A DNA stretch of 40,965 nt. Origin: Thermodesulfovibrionia bacterium (GTDB lineage: Bacteria > Nitrospirota > Thermodesulfovibrionia > UBA6902). Positions 27,618 through 37,195 of this stretch are shown here, piece by piece (position 1 is the first letter of the stretch; each line of letters begins with the position of its first letter). Below the pieces are notes generated by a model that saw only the letters and a program-made list of their open reading frames with translations, ran no database searches and was not told the DNA's origin. The stretch lies in NCBI GenBank assembly GCA_945787795.1, contig CALZJD010000005.1, positions 1 to 40,965 of the forward strand, read 5' to 3'. The position numbers and the translations under genes are program-made.

Positions 27618-28418
27618 TTAGATCTGCAGCGTCAGGCATTTTGCGCTTCCCCCTGCCTTGATGAATTCCGAGAGGTTGGTTTCATGAATGCGGAATCCAC
27701 GATTAGTCAACAGCTTTACTGTCTCAGGGCAGCGATAATGCATGATGATATCTTTTCCAATAACTATGGCGTTGCAGACAAACCTGTTTGCTTCGTTTTT
27801 CGGTACAGGAATGGGATCAGGAATATTTTCTTCTATGACTTTCTGTCCGTACCTGTCAAACGCAGGGGGATAATACAGTACGGTTTTTGATGAGACAGGC
27901 GCGAAACAGGTATCAAGATGATAATATCTTTTCTTTGCAAGCTCAAGAGAAAGGACCTGTACCCCCAGTGTTTCTGCAATCAGGCTATGCGCCCTGATGT
28001 CTGATCTGAAGCGGTAAGCTGCAAAGAGTGTATTACCGACAAACAGGGCATCACCTGCTCCCTCAAAAAAAATATCAGGTGGCATTTCTATTACATTCAA
28101 TCCCTGCTTCTCAAACCATTTCCTGAAATGTTTTGCTTCTGCTTCACGTTCTTTATGTCGAAACCGGGAAAGAAAAACCCTGTTATGCACGGGCAAGCCT
28201 GCATTGGCCGTAAAAACCATATCAGGGAGCCCCTTCTCAGGCTTAATGAGATCGATCTCACAGTTTAATCCTGTAAGAATATCAAACAGGTTTTTCCACT
28301 GGCGGTCTGCCCTGGCAGGATCGCTTGGCCGGGTGAGCTTCATCCAGGGATTGATGACATACCGGATTGCGTATTGGTCCGGCGGACACATAAGGAGCTT
28401 TACTTTTTGATTATTCAT
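27618..28418 (-). CDS. Amidinotransferase-fold enzyme, arginine dihydrolase-like (ArgZ/AgrE N-domain)
   Basis: LMCPP..Y.I.Y.INPWM, PDMVFTANAG, FEGAGD, YHLDTCF, FVCNA, EFIKAGGSAKCLTL; the ATG at 28418 avoids overlap with the upstream gene. Confidence 0.85.
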   Translation of the reverse strand: MNNQKVKLLMCPPDQYAIRYVINPWMKLTRPSDPARADRQWKNLFDILTGLNCEIDLIKPEKGLPDMVFTANAGLPVHNRVFLSRFRHKEREAEAKHFRKWFEKQGLNVIEMPPDIFFEGAGDALFVGNTLFAAYRFRSDIRAHSLIAETLGVQVLSLELAKKRYYHLDTCFAPVSSKTVLYYPPAFDRYGQKVIEENIPDPIPVPKNEANRFVCNAIVIGKDIIMHYRCPETVKLLTNRGFRIHETNLSEFIKAGGSAKCLTLQI

Positions 28419-28422
28419 GAGA

Positions 28423-29646
28423 TCAAACTTTTGATGTAACCAGCATGCGGGAGAGTTCACGCAGGAAAAGCTCGGCATCTGTGACAACTCCTGCGGCCTG
28501 AAAGCTTCCCCTGTCTATGAGTTTGGTAACGACTGAAGGGTTTATATCGACACACACGACGTTAACCGATGCCGGTAGAAGATTGCCAACCGCAATGGAA
28601 TGTAATGTGGTTGCTATCATTAAAACAAAGCCAACGCCCTTTAATCGCTTACGCATCGCCTGCTGTGCCTCAATTACATCAGTAATGACTTCAGGAAGAG
28701 GTCCGTCATCACGGATCGAACCTGCGAGGATAAAAGGGATTCTGTTTTTGACACATGTATACATGACGCCGCTCTTTAAAATTCCCCTGTTAACTGCTTT
28801 GCGGATACCGCCTGCCTTCCGGATTGTATTAATTGCCCGTACATGGTGGCCATGGCCCCCTTCAGCGCTTTGACCGCGATTCAGGTAAATACCCAAGGAA
28901 GTTTTATACAGGGCATACTCAATATCATGGACCGCGAGGGCGTTGCCGGCAAACAACAGGTTTATGAACCCTTTTTTCAGCAATTTCTCGAGATACACCC
29001 CGGCATCTGTGTGTACAATGGCCGGACCGCCAACCAGCAGTATTTTTTCACCTTTCTTCTTTGCCTGTTTCATGCGGAAGGCTATCTCCTGGATGACTAT
29101 CTCCTTGGGTTTTTCAGGAGAAACCCGGCTCCGCATAAATTGAAATTCATCTTTTTCTTTTTGCTGCGTCTGAGGTATAACACGAATCCCTTCATCTCCC
29201 ACAACCACGAAATCACCTTTCCTGATATCAGCCATGGGCGCTGTTGCGGCCCGCTTATGTTTCAAATCAACAATAATAGCACAGTCCATTTCAGGCCTGC
29301 CAACAGGTATCCACCTTTTGCCAACCAGAATATCTGTTTTCAAATTTGTTGTGGAATAAAAATTATCAGGCAACATACCGTTTCGTGTCGCCCTGACAAG
29401 CACAACCTCATGCGCTTTCTCTATCTCAATGCCCTGTCTCTTTATACGCATCATGATACGTTTTAAAAGTTCAGGGCTTGAAGCAGAAACCTTTATCAGG
29501 GCTTTTGAGGGATTTTGTCTGGTTCTGCCGATCTCGATTTCTTCAATCGAAAAATCTCCGCCCAGCTCTGTAATCTCATCCAGTACCTTGGGCAGGGTCA
29601 GGGAGTCAATAATATGTCCGGATAATATGACTGTCTCAGAAATCAT
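28423..29646 (-). CDS. TIGR00300 / LOR-SDH-domain protein, ornithine cyclodeaminase-like (ArgZ/AgrE C-region)
   Basis: GHIIDS, PDNFYSTTN, EMDCAI, FQFM.S.VSPEK, GPAIVHT, GNALAVHDIE, LAGSIRDDGPLP, LHSIAVGN, CVDINP..VTKL.DRGS. Confidence 0.88.
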   Translation of the reverse strand: MISETVILSGHIIDSLTLPKVLDEITELGGDFSIEEIEIGRTRQNPSKALIKVSASSPELLKRIMMRIKRQGIEIEKAHEVVLVRATRNGMLPDNFYSTTNLKTDILVGKRWIPVGRPEMDCAIIVDLKHKRAATAPMADIRKGDFVVVGDEGIRVIPQTQQKEKDEFQFMRSRVSPEKPKEIVIQEIAFRMKQAKKKGEKILLVGGPAIVHTDAGVYLEKLLKKGFINLLFAGNALAVHDIEYALYKTSLGIYLNRGQSAEGGHGHHVRAINTIRKAGGIRKAVNRGILKSGVMYTCVKNRIPFILAGSIRDDGPLPEVITDVIEAQQAMRKRLKGVGFVLMIATTLHSIAVGNLLPASVNVVCVDINPSVVTKLIDRGSFQAAGVVTDAELFLRELSRMLVTSKV

Positions 29647-29731
29647 TTAGACCTCTTATGCGTTTTCATAAAAACCAAACCATGATAGAACCTATCTCAA
29701 AATCTAAGTTTATCCTAAATAAGGCAACTGT

Positions 29732-29798
29732 TGTCATTCCCGCAAGCGAAGCGCGACGGGAATCAAACGTGTAAGATTCTGGACAAGCCAGAATGACA
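29732..29798. repeat. dRS3/REP-like palindromic repeat, copy 2
   Basis: TGTCATTCCCGC..CGGGAATC...GATTCTGGACAAGCCAGAATGACA. Confidence 0.75.
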
Positions 29799-29970
29799 GG
29801 AGTTTCTTCAGAGATGACAGGACATATCAGCTGATAAAAGTGTAACCCCGGCTTTCTGCCAGCAGATAAATTTTATCATATTGCTGCTGAATAATTTCGA
29901 TTTTTTCGTTATCTCTTGATATACTTTTTAATATTGAACAAAACATCTATTTTCAGATAAAGAATACAAC

Positions 29971-32910
29971 ATGTTAGAAAACAGGATTCAGGACATAGGG
30001 GCCGAGATATTTTCCTTAGTGAAGGGTGAAGTCCCCTCTGTTTTTGATAAGAAGAAATGGACAGGCGAGCTCATGGAGTGGGCAATGAAGGATGATGATT
30101 TTAAGGTCCAGCTCCTGAGGTTTATTGATGTATTGCCGTCACTGCAATCTGATGCACTTGTCGTAAGAGTGCTGAAAGAATATTTTGCAGATGAAAAAAT
30201 AACCCCGATGCTTCTCAAGTGGGGCATTAAAGGCCTTTCTGAAAAAGGACTGCTCCCGAAAATCGCAGGAAAAGTAATACATGCTAACGTGGAAGCGCTT
30301 GCAAAACAGTTTATTGCAGGCAAAGATCCAGAGGCGGCGATACCGGTTCTTCATGCACTAAGAAATCAAGGGTATGCAGTGGCTGTTGATCTTTTAGGCG
30401 AAGTTGTCCTCAGTGAAAGAGAAGCCGGCGCATACACTGCAAGATATATGGAACTTCTGGATTTTCTCGAAGGGGAAGTTGCCACGTGGGAGCAGACCCC
30501 TGTTCTGGACATGGACCACAGCGGCCCCATTCCCGGACAGAATATCTCCATTAAAGTATCCTCTCTTTATTCACAGCTTGATCCGATTGATTGGGATGGT
30601 TCAATAGAAGAGGTCAGGAAAGCCCTGAGACCGGTGTTTGACAGGGCACAGGCAACCGGAGCATCCATAACACTGGACATGGAGCATTACCATATTAAGG
30701 ACCTTACCATTGCGATATTTAAGAGTATCATGGAGGAGTATAAGGACTATCAGCATGCAGGCATTGCCCTGCAGACATATTTACATGATACCGGGAAAGA
30801 CGTTAATGATCTTATAACATGGACAAAAAAGAACAGGACACGGATATCAATCCGTTTGGTGAAAGGCGCATACTGGGATTATGAAACAGTCATAAGCAAA
30901 GACCGGGGATGGCCCCTTCCTGTGTTTTTAAATAAAGCAGAAACTGACCTGAGCTATGAAGAACTCACAAAGGTGCTTCTGGATAATACGGAATACATCA
31001 GGCCTGCCCTTGCTACACATAATATCAGAAGTATCAGCAACGCGATTGCACATGCTGATACACTGGGTCTGCCGAAAAATGCATATGAGTTCCAGGTGCT
31101 CTATGGCATGGCTGAACCGATACGGGCAGCCCTGCAGAAAATGGGCCATCGGGTCAGGGTGTATGCTGCAGTGGGCGAATTAATCCCTGGAATGGCCTAT
31201 CTGGTAAGAAGACTCCTTGAGAACATCTCCAACGAGTCATTTCTCAGGAAGTCATTTGTTGAAAACATGACAGTCGGTGAACTGATACAGGCTCCTCAGG
31301 CAGTAACTGACAGACCGGATGAAGAACCTCAGGACATCGATACGTTCAGAAACGAGCCCTTCACGGATTTTTCAAAACAGGAAAACAGGGAGGAAATGCA
31401 AAAGGCATTAACAAAGGTAAAAAAGCATTTTGGTTATGCGTATCCTCTCTATGCAGGGGGAAAAGAACTGCGAACCGATAGTATGATTGTCTCGAAAAAT
31501 CCAGCGAAACCTGATGAGATTATAGGATCAGTTTGTTCGTCAACAAGGGAAATTGCTCAACAGGCCCTTGAAGAAGCCGGATCAGCACAGGAAGCCTGGA
31601 GAAATACTCCGGCTGAGGAACGTGCCGGGTTATTATTCAGGGCAGCTGAAGAGATGCGGAATAACAGATTTGATTTGTCAGCGCTTGAAGTATTTGAAGT
31701 TGGAAAGACATGGCCGGAAGCTGATGCTGATGTGGCAGAGGCAATAGACTTTCTTGAATATTATGGCCAGGAGATGATAAGACTCGGCACCACCCGCCAC
31801 CTTGGACATTATCCGGGCGAGTACAATGAGTACTGTTATGAGCCCAGGGGCATTGGTGTGGTCATTTCTCCATGGAATTTTCCGATCGCCATACCAACGG
31901 GTATGATTGCAGCAGGGATTGTAGCCGGCAACTGTGTTCTGTTTAAGCCCTCGGGATTGTCACCTGTTTCAGGGTTTAAGATCATGGAGATATTCAGGCG
32001 TTCCGGATTGCCGCAGGGAATATTACAGTTTCTGCCAGGCCCGGGCGTTGAGGTCGGTGAGTATCTCGTCAGTCATCCGGATACAGACTTTATTGCGTTT
32101 ACCGGATCAAAGGATGTGGGATTAGGAATCGTCAGACATGCGGGTGAAGTAAGGTCAGGACAAAGAAATGTAAAAAAGGTCATAGCAGAAATGGGAGGGA
32201 AAAACGCCATCATTGTTGATGAAACAGCTGATATTGATGAGGCTGTTAAAGGTGTGCTGGGATCTGCGCTTGGATTTCAGGGTCAGAAATGCTCGGCCTG
32301 TTCCCGGGTGATCGTTGTCGGTGACATGTACAGCCGGTTTTGTGAACGGCTTAAAGAAGCAATGGAGAGCATACGCATAGGCCCTCCGGAAGATCCGTCC
32401 AATGTTATGGGGCCTGTAGTTGATAAGGCGGCACAGGACAAGATCAGCGCCTATATTGAACTTGGCAAAAGCAAAGAACAAACCCTTCTGTTAAGAAAGG
32501 TTGAGGAAGAGGGGTATTTCTGCGGGCCTGTTATCTTCACTGACGTTCATCCTGACTCCAAAATTGCACAGGATGAAATATTTGGCCCTGTACTCAGCGT
32601 GATGAATGTTAAGGATATTGATGAAGCTTTAGCAGTGGCCAATAATACCATCTATGCATTAACAGGCGGATTGTACTCGAGGAGTCCATCCAATATCACA
32701 AAGGTAAAAAATGAACTGAGGGCAGGGAATGTATACATAAACAGGAAGATCACGGGCGCCATGGTCGGGAGACAGCCATTTGGCGGGTTCGGCATGTCCG
32801 GTGTTGGTTCCAAGGCAGGCGGACCGGATTATCTCCTTCAATTTATGAATCCCAAAAGTATAAGCGAAAACACGATGAGAAAGGGGTTTACACCGGAACA
32901 GCATTCGTAG
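29971..32910 (+). CDS. putA: Bifunctional proline dehydrogenase / P5C dehydrogenase (short form, no RHH domain)
   Basis: VDLLGE, LDME, RLVKGAYWD, ATHN, EFQVLYGM, YLVRRLLEN; ALDH motifs SPWNFP, FTGS, AEMGGKN, GQKCSACSR, EIFGP, QPFGG. Confidence 0.97.
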   Translation: MLENRIQDIGAEIFSLVKGEVPSVFDKKKWTGELMEWAMKDDDFKVQLLRFIDVLPSLQSDALVVRVLKEYFADEKITPMLLKWGIKGLSEKGLLPKIAGKVIHANVEALAKQFIAGKDPEAAIPVLHALRNQGYAVAVDLLGEVVLSEREAGAYTARYMELLDFLEGEVATWEQTPVLDMDHSGPIPGQNISIKVSSLYSQLDPIDWDGSIEEVRKALRPVFDRAQATGASITLDMEHYHIKDLTIAIFKSIMEEYKDYQHAGIALQTYLHDTGKDVNDLITWTKKNRTRISIRLVKGAYWDYETVISKDRGWPLPVFLNKAETDLSYEELTKVLLDNTEYIRPALATHNIRSISNAIAHADTLGLPKNAYEFQVLYGMAEPIRAALQKMGHRVRVYAAVGELIPGMAYLVRRLLENISNESFLRKSFVENMTVGELIQAPQAVTDRPDEEPQDIDTFRNEPFTDFSKQENREEMQKALTKVKKHFGYAYPLYAGGKELRTDSMIVSKNPAKPDEIIGSVCSSTREIAQQALEEAGSAQEAWRNTPAEERAGLLFRAAEEMRNNRFDLSALEVFEVGKTWPEADADVAEAIDFLEYYGQEMIRLGTTRHLGHYPGEYNEYCYEPRGIGVVISPWNFPIAIPTGMIAAGIVAGNCVLFKPSGLSPVSGFKIMEIFRRSGLPQGILQFLPGPGVEVGEYLVSHPDTDFIAFTGSKDVGLGIVRHAGEVRSGQRNVKKVIAEMGGKNAIIVDETADIDEAVKGVLGSALGFQGQKCSACSRVIVVGDMYSRFCERLKEAMESIRIGPPEDPSNVMGPVVDKAAQDKISAYIELGKSKEQTLLLRKVEEEGYFCGPVIFTDVHPDSKIAQDEIFGPVLSVMNVKDIDEALAVANNTIYALTGGLYSRSPSNITKVKNELRAGNVYINRKITGAMVGRQPFGGFGMSGVGSKAGGPDYLLQFMNPKSISENTMRKGFTPEQHS

Positions 32911-32942
32911 GGGTTTGATGAATCAAACCCGTCAACGCATGA

Positions 32943-33056
32943 TGGAAATCTTTTGTTATAATCAGAGGGGTACCTGAAGGCATGCCTTCATTTGAAGGTG
33001 AAATAACTGTAGAAGAAAGGGAACTGATCATACAATACATGAAAGGTTTAAGGTGA
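32943..33056 (+). pseudogene. Cytochrome c domain C-terminal remnant
   Basis: WKSFVIIRGVPEGMPSFEGEITVEERELIIQYMKGLR*; has the MPxF axial-Met motif and terminal helix but no CxxCH; stops upstream; its stop overlaps the next gene's GTG. Confidence 0.7.
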
Positions 33057-33988
33057 GCATGGATTCTATTGATAAGATATATGGATACAGATCGTACGAC
33101 ACGCATAAGGCATTAAAACAAAAGGCTGATGTTCTAAAAGTGTACAGTCAATTGTGCAAGGTAAGGATATCCACGTTTGCTGCACTTTCTGCTTTAACAG
33201 GCAGTATCCTTGTATCAGGAGACATAACATCTGCAATGCTTATTACGATGGCGGGAGTATTCTTTCTGGCCTGTGGTGCCGGCTCACTCAATCAATACCA
33301 GGAGAAAGATATAGATGCCATGATGATCCGAACACAATCCAGGCCGATCCCGGCAGGGGAAATAAAGGCGTCTCATGCAATACATATGACGGGTGTCTTC
33401 TTTACCATTGGTTTCTCAACACTTGCTGTAATGGAAAATTTCCTCCTCATGGGTCTCGGGCTGTTCGCTCTTGTCTGGTACAACCTTGTTTACACAAACC
33501 TTAAACAGGTGACCGCCTTTGCTGCTGTTCCAGGAGCAATCGTAGGTGCCATCCCTCCTGCCATGGGATGGGTTGCAGGAGGAGGCAGTCTGTATGACCA
33601 CGCATTACTGCCAATATGTTTATTTTTCTTTATGTGGCAGGTCCCTCACTTCTGGTTTTTGTTATTTTCCCATGAAGAGGACTATAAAACGTCTGATTTC
33701 CCTGCATTAGTAAAGATATTTAACAGGGATCAATTTGGCAGGATAGCGAGCATATGGACGATGGCAACGGCAGTGGCATTGTTTTTAATCCCTTTATTCG
33801 GAATTATGCTCTCTGATATTGCACTGTTGCTGCTGGGCATTGCATCAGTGTGGCTTGTATGGCGTGGATCATCTCTTGTGCATAGGACAAATGAAGGCGA
33901 TGCCTGCCATGCAGCATTTAAAAGTATGAATATGTATATATTATTTGTTATGGCTGTTCTCAATATCGAAAGATTATTTAACCTGTAA
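33053..33988 (+). CDS. ctaB: Protoheme IX farnesyltransferase (heme o synthase)
   Basis: LNQYQEKDIDAMM.RT.SRPIP.G, YNLVYTNLK, GAIVGAIPP.MGW, FFMWQVPHFW, DY; start is GTG 33053 or ATG 33059. Confidence 0.92.
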   Translation: MSMDSIDKIYGYRSYDTHKALKQKADVLKVYSQLCKVRISTFAALSALTGSILVSGDITSAMLITMAGVFFLACGAGSLNQYQEKDIDAMMIRTQSRPIPAGEIKASHAIHMTGVFFTIGFSTLAVMENFLLMGLGLFALVWYNLVYTNLKQVTAFAAVPGAIVGAIPPAMGWVAGGGSLYDHALLPICLFFFMWQVPHFWFLLFSHEEDYKTSDFPALVKIFNRDQFGRIASIWTMATAVALFLIPLFGIMLSDIALLLLGIASVWLVWRGSSLVHRTNEGDACHAAFKSMNMYILFVMAVLNIERLFNL

Positions 33989-34015
33989 TCAAGAAAGAAG
34001 CCATCTGAAGAATAG

Positions 34016-34744
34016 TCAGGACCATACCTGCGTTTCCAGGTATAAGCGCAGGGCTGTAGCAGTACGAAACTTCTTGAGAATAAGTGAACGTTTAAGACCA
34101 CAGCAGATTTCTTTCACCTCCCGGGGCTGTTTACTGTATCGAGCCCGGCCGCCCAGCGCATCATAGAAGATTCTGATAAGATCGCATATGTCATCGTTCA
34201 TATTTTCCCTGCGCGCTCTACCCCAGTGAAAAAAGTCGAGCAGCTTAAGCTCATATGATAATCCATGCCTGCGCATAATAATATTTTCTGGATGCAGGTC
34301 ACCATGATATTCTCCAAAACGGTGCATGCACTCCAGACTTTCGCTCAGCGCGTGCAGCAGATGAATCCCCTGAAAGATATGCAGTCTCTTTCCCGGAAGA
34401 CGGGACAAATAGTCTGACAGGAGTTCACCTTCAACATATTCCGAAATTAAAATGGTAAGGGGATTTTTTTTATATGTTATAGTTTCACGTGTATGATATT
34501 GAATTACTGAAGGACATTCTCTCAGGGCATACAGTTTCCTTGCATAAGCATCAGATGCCCTGTTTTTTGGATTACGCTCGGGAAAGAACAGCTTGGCTGC
34601 ACGTTCAATATTAGTACCCAATTCCCTTATATTGTAAACTTCACCCTCCCATCCGCTGCCAAGCCTGGATATTACCTCATATTTCCTTGCCAGAATACGG
34701 CCGGGCTCCAGATTGAAAGATTCTTTGATTGTTTTCTTATTCAT
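34016..34744 (-). CDS. Ser/Thr protein kinase-like single-domain protein
   Basis: LGSGWEGEVY, AAKLF, SEYVEG, HGDLHPENII, KLLDF. Confidence 0.85.
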   Translation of the reverse strand: MNKKTIKESFNLEPGRILARKYEVISRLGSGWEGEVYNIRELGTNIERAAKLFFPERNPKNRASDAYARKLYALRECPSVIQYHTRETITYKKNPLTILISEYVEGELLSDYLSRLPGKRLHIFQGIHLLHALSESLECMHRFGEYHGDLHPENIIMRRHGLSYELKLLDFFHWGRARRENMNDDICDLIRIFYDALGGRARYSKQPREVKEICCGLKRSLILKKFRTATALRLYLETQVWS

Positions 34745-34951
34745 GTAAGATCTTGCATCACCTGTAAGGTTAATTCATTATATGCAACATACATGAATGA
34801 TTGATGTTACGGTGATCTTTTTTATTCACTCTTCCATCAATAACAGCATAATCATTTAATCAGATTCTGCAAGAGATTCAGAAAAGGATTCCCCCTGCCT
34901 GCATTAAATAATCCCGAATCCTGAGACCTCTCTTATTTGAAATCATTTGGT

Positions 34952-35353
34952 TCATGTGACTTTCACAACAGCCTCGCCCTCAACAACAATCAGTCCCTCA
35001 GTGTTGATGCAAAGGGTGCGCAACGTGACTATCGGTTTGTCCGCTCTAATTTTTACTATTTCTACCGAGGCGGTGACTTGTTCCCCAATCAAAACAGGTC
35101 CTTTGAAACGCAGGCTTTGTCCTAAGTAGATAGATCCCTTTCCTGGAAGTTTAACGCCCACAAGCGCCGAGAACAGACTGGCAATGAGCATTCCATGTAC
35201 GATTCGTTGACCAAAGACAGATTCTTCTGCAAAACTTTGGTCCAGGTGAATCGGATTGGTATCTGCAGAAAGGTTGGCAAACTGATTGACATCCTCTTCG
35301 GTAAACGCTCTACTCAGCGAGGCCCTGTCTCCAACTTTTAAAGTATGTATCAT
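34952..35353 (-). CDS. MaoC-family dehydratase ((R)-enoyl-CoA hydratase-like)
   Basis: FANLSADTNPIHLD, FGQRIVHGML, LPGKGSIYLGQSLRF. Confidence 0.92.
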   Translation of the reverse strand: MIHTLKVGDRASLSRAFTEEDVNQFANLSADTNPIHLDQSFAEESVFGQRIVHGMLIASLFSALVGVKLPGKGSIYLGQSLRFKGPVLIGEQVTASVEIVKIRADKPIVTLRTLCINTEGLIVVEGEAVVKVT

Positions 35354-35417
35354 GTCAAGGCATCTCAAATTATGAAAAATTGATTTTTAGTAATGGATAT
35401 AGTTTCAGGGGGATTTT

Positions 35418-35834
35418 TCATTCATCTTTTGACTGTCTGCCTTTTCCTTCCAGATAAGCACGCCATGGTATCCAGTAGTATTTTTCCCATCCCTGATTCG
35501 CGTCATCAAAGTCATGGTCCGGCACATTTACGTGGACAAGTTCAATGCGACAATTTTCTCCCTCAGGCCAGAAAGTCAGGATGAGCGTTGAATCAAGGTC
35601 TTCAGACTTCCAGTGTGCTGCACGCCATGACTGGACAATCAGCCGGCCGGGGATAACATGCAACATCTTCCCCAGAAGCATCTTATTGAAGGCATGAAAC
35701 TCAGCGCCGGCTTCCCTGCTGATCTGTACAGGTGAACCGGTAATCTCACCGTGGATTTTGGCGTCCAGATACATATCATATAGCTGTTCTGCCGGGCCAT
35801 GAAGAATGACTGTCTGCTGAATGATACGAGGCAT
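35418..35834 (-). CDS. SRPBCC / AHSA1 domain protein
   Basis: LYDMYLD..H..ITG, LIVQSWR..W, LVHVNVP, GWEKYYW.PW; RBS AGGAGG. Confidence 0.88.
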   Translation of the reverse strand: MPRIIQQTVILHGPAEQLYDMYLDAKIHGEITGSPVQISREAGAEFHAFNKMLLGKMLHVIPGRLIVQSWRAAHWKSEDLDSTLILTFWPEGENCRIELVHVNVPDHDFDDANQGWEKYYWIPWRAYLEGKGRQSKDE

Positions 35835-36039
35835 ATGTGTAAAGTCCTCCTGATTATAAAAATGCTATTCTTTTGGAAACTGAAAAGATATGATTTAAAT
35901 CATACACGTTAGACGGATGACCGTATCTGTTCTTTGGGCAGGGTCGCTTCAATACTTTTAACGGGTAACTCCTGCAAGCCATTTTAAAGTATAAACCTGC
36001 CGGACTACCACTAATTACTGAAATTGGAAGGAATCCGCT

Positions 36040-36072
36040 ATATTCTATCGAAGTTCAACGTCGATAGAATAT
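36040..36072. promoter_or_regulatory. Extended palindrome containing copy 2 of the 21-bp motif
   Basis: ATATTCTATCGA-AGTTCAACG-TCGATAGAATAT. Confidence 0.6.
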
Positions 36073-36177
36073 GTTTAATTGCTTTTTGAGGAGTTGTAAT
36101 GTGTCTCTTTGATATATAAGAGCAGAAACAGGGAGGTTTTGAAAAATTATAATCCGGAAATTATAATATTAAAACAA

Positions 36178-36477
36178 ATGGCAATGCATAAAAGGGGTGA
36201 TACACAGATTAAGCGTGAGTTCTGGCTTCGCCAGGGACGTCAGTTTCTGGCTATAGCGGTAGCGCTCTTTTTTGTTATATTGATGGCCGTACTCTATAAA
36301 CGCAATGATCTGGTGGGAGAATTCTCAAAAAATGCTCTTGTGGCAGGGCAGCTTTCAGTAATAATTGCATTTATCGGTTTTACCGCATTTAACTGGAGAT
36401 GCCCCTCATGTAAAAAATATCTTGGCAGTGATATTAATAAGCGTGCATGCAGGCATTGCAATAGCAGATTAAGATAA
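36178..36477 (+). CDS. Small 2-TM protein with C-terminal zinc ribbon
   Basis: Two hydrophobic helices, then WRCPSC...ACRHC. Start uncertain (the ORF opens at 36109). Confidence 0.75.
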   Translation: MAMHKRGDTQIKREFWLRQGRQFLAIAVALFFVILMAVLYKRNDLVGEFSKNALVAGQLSVIIAFIGFTAFNWRCPSCKKYLGSDINKRACRHCNSRLR

Positions 36478-36485
36478 TAGATCTG

Positions 36486-36960
36486 CATGGGGCGCTGCCC
36501 CAAACCCCGGTTCATTCTTTTGTGCGGCCAAAAGAACGGAACCAAGAAAAGGCCGCCCCAGCACCGATTTCTTCACGGTTCTTTACACAAGCTCGGGGAA
36601 TTAATTGAAACTCCCCTCGGTCAGACACCAATTAATTCTATTCCCTCAACAAGCCAAGAACCTAAAATCGCTGAAAGGGGAAGTCAAATCCCCCCTGACC
36701 CCCCTTTTCTAAAGGGGGGACTTCGAGAACATATTCATTAATGTATCTTTAGATTTTTTTAATTCCCCTTTAGCGAGTTTAGGTGATGAAGGGAGCTGGA
36801 GGGATAAGAATTTGTTTGTGTCTGACCGAAGGGAGTTTAAACAAATTCCCCGGAAGCGGACTGAAGAGCCGTTTAAAACTCGGTATTGGGGCGCCTTCTT
36901 TTGGTTCCGTTTTCTTGGGCGTGCAAGAAAATGAACCGGGGTTTGGGGCAGCGCCCCATG
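36486..36960. mobile_element. Two inverted, diverged copies of a ~200-nt structured non-coding element (MITE/ncRNA-like)
   Basis: 31-bp perfect terminal inverted repeat CATGGGGCGCTGCCCCAAACCCCGGTTCATT; arms ~36486-36688 (+) and ~36757-36960 (-) align throughout, with compensatory changes. Confidence 0.7.
36686..36721. repeat. C-rich/G-rich REP-like hairpin nested between the arms
   Basis: AAATCCCCCCTGACCCCCCTTTTCTAAAGGGGGGAC. Confidence 0.6.
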
Positions 36961-36993
36961 GTAATAAATCAATAACTCATTTTGAAACCATGA

Positions 36994-37019
36994 GATTCTG
37001 AAATAAATTCAGAATGACA
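36994..37019. repeat. dRS3/REP-like half element, copy 3
   Basis: GATTCTGAAATAAATTCAGAATGACA, matching the 3' half of the 29732 element. Confidence 0.65.
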
Positions 37020-37195
37020 CTGAAGCCATATGCCGAATTGTCGGACAGTCTCCTTGCTGCGGGGGAGTTCATTTGACAAAAATTTAATGAATAGCGAATA
37101 TGTAATAGCGAATTCATGGCAGCAATGCAGCATGGTGATGCAGCTGTATGCCGGCCATATACATCTATGGTAATCTCTACAACAGGAGATATGTT

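Noticed and set aside
28419-28487. Longer start for the amidinotransferase gene
   Set aside because: It overlaps the upstream gene by 65 bp; family-like sequence begins after ATG 28418.
34016-36477. Integron cassette array of small genes
   Set aside because: Only a lone GTTAGAC near 35908; no paired attC boxes and no integrase.
36294-37001. ORFs 36294-36545, 36487-36741, 36709-36972, 36783-37001
   Set aside because: They are readings of the repeat element or antisense to a gene; no protein motifs, and the two arms differ by frame-breaking indels.
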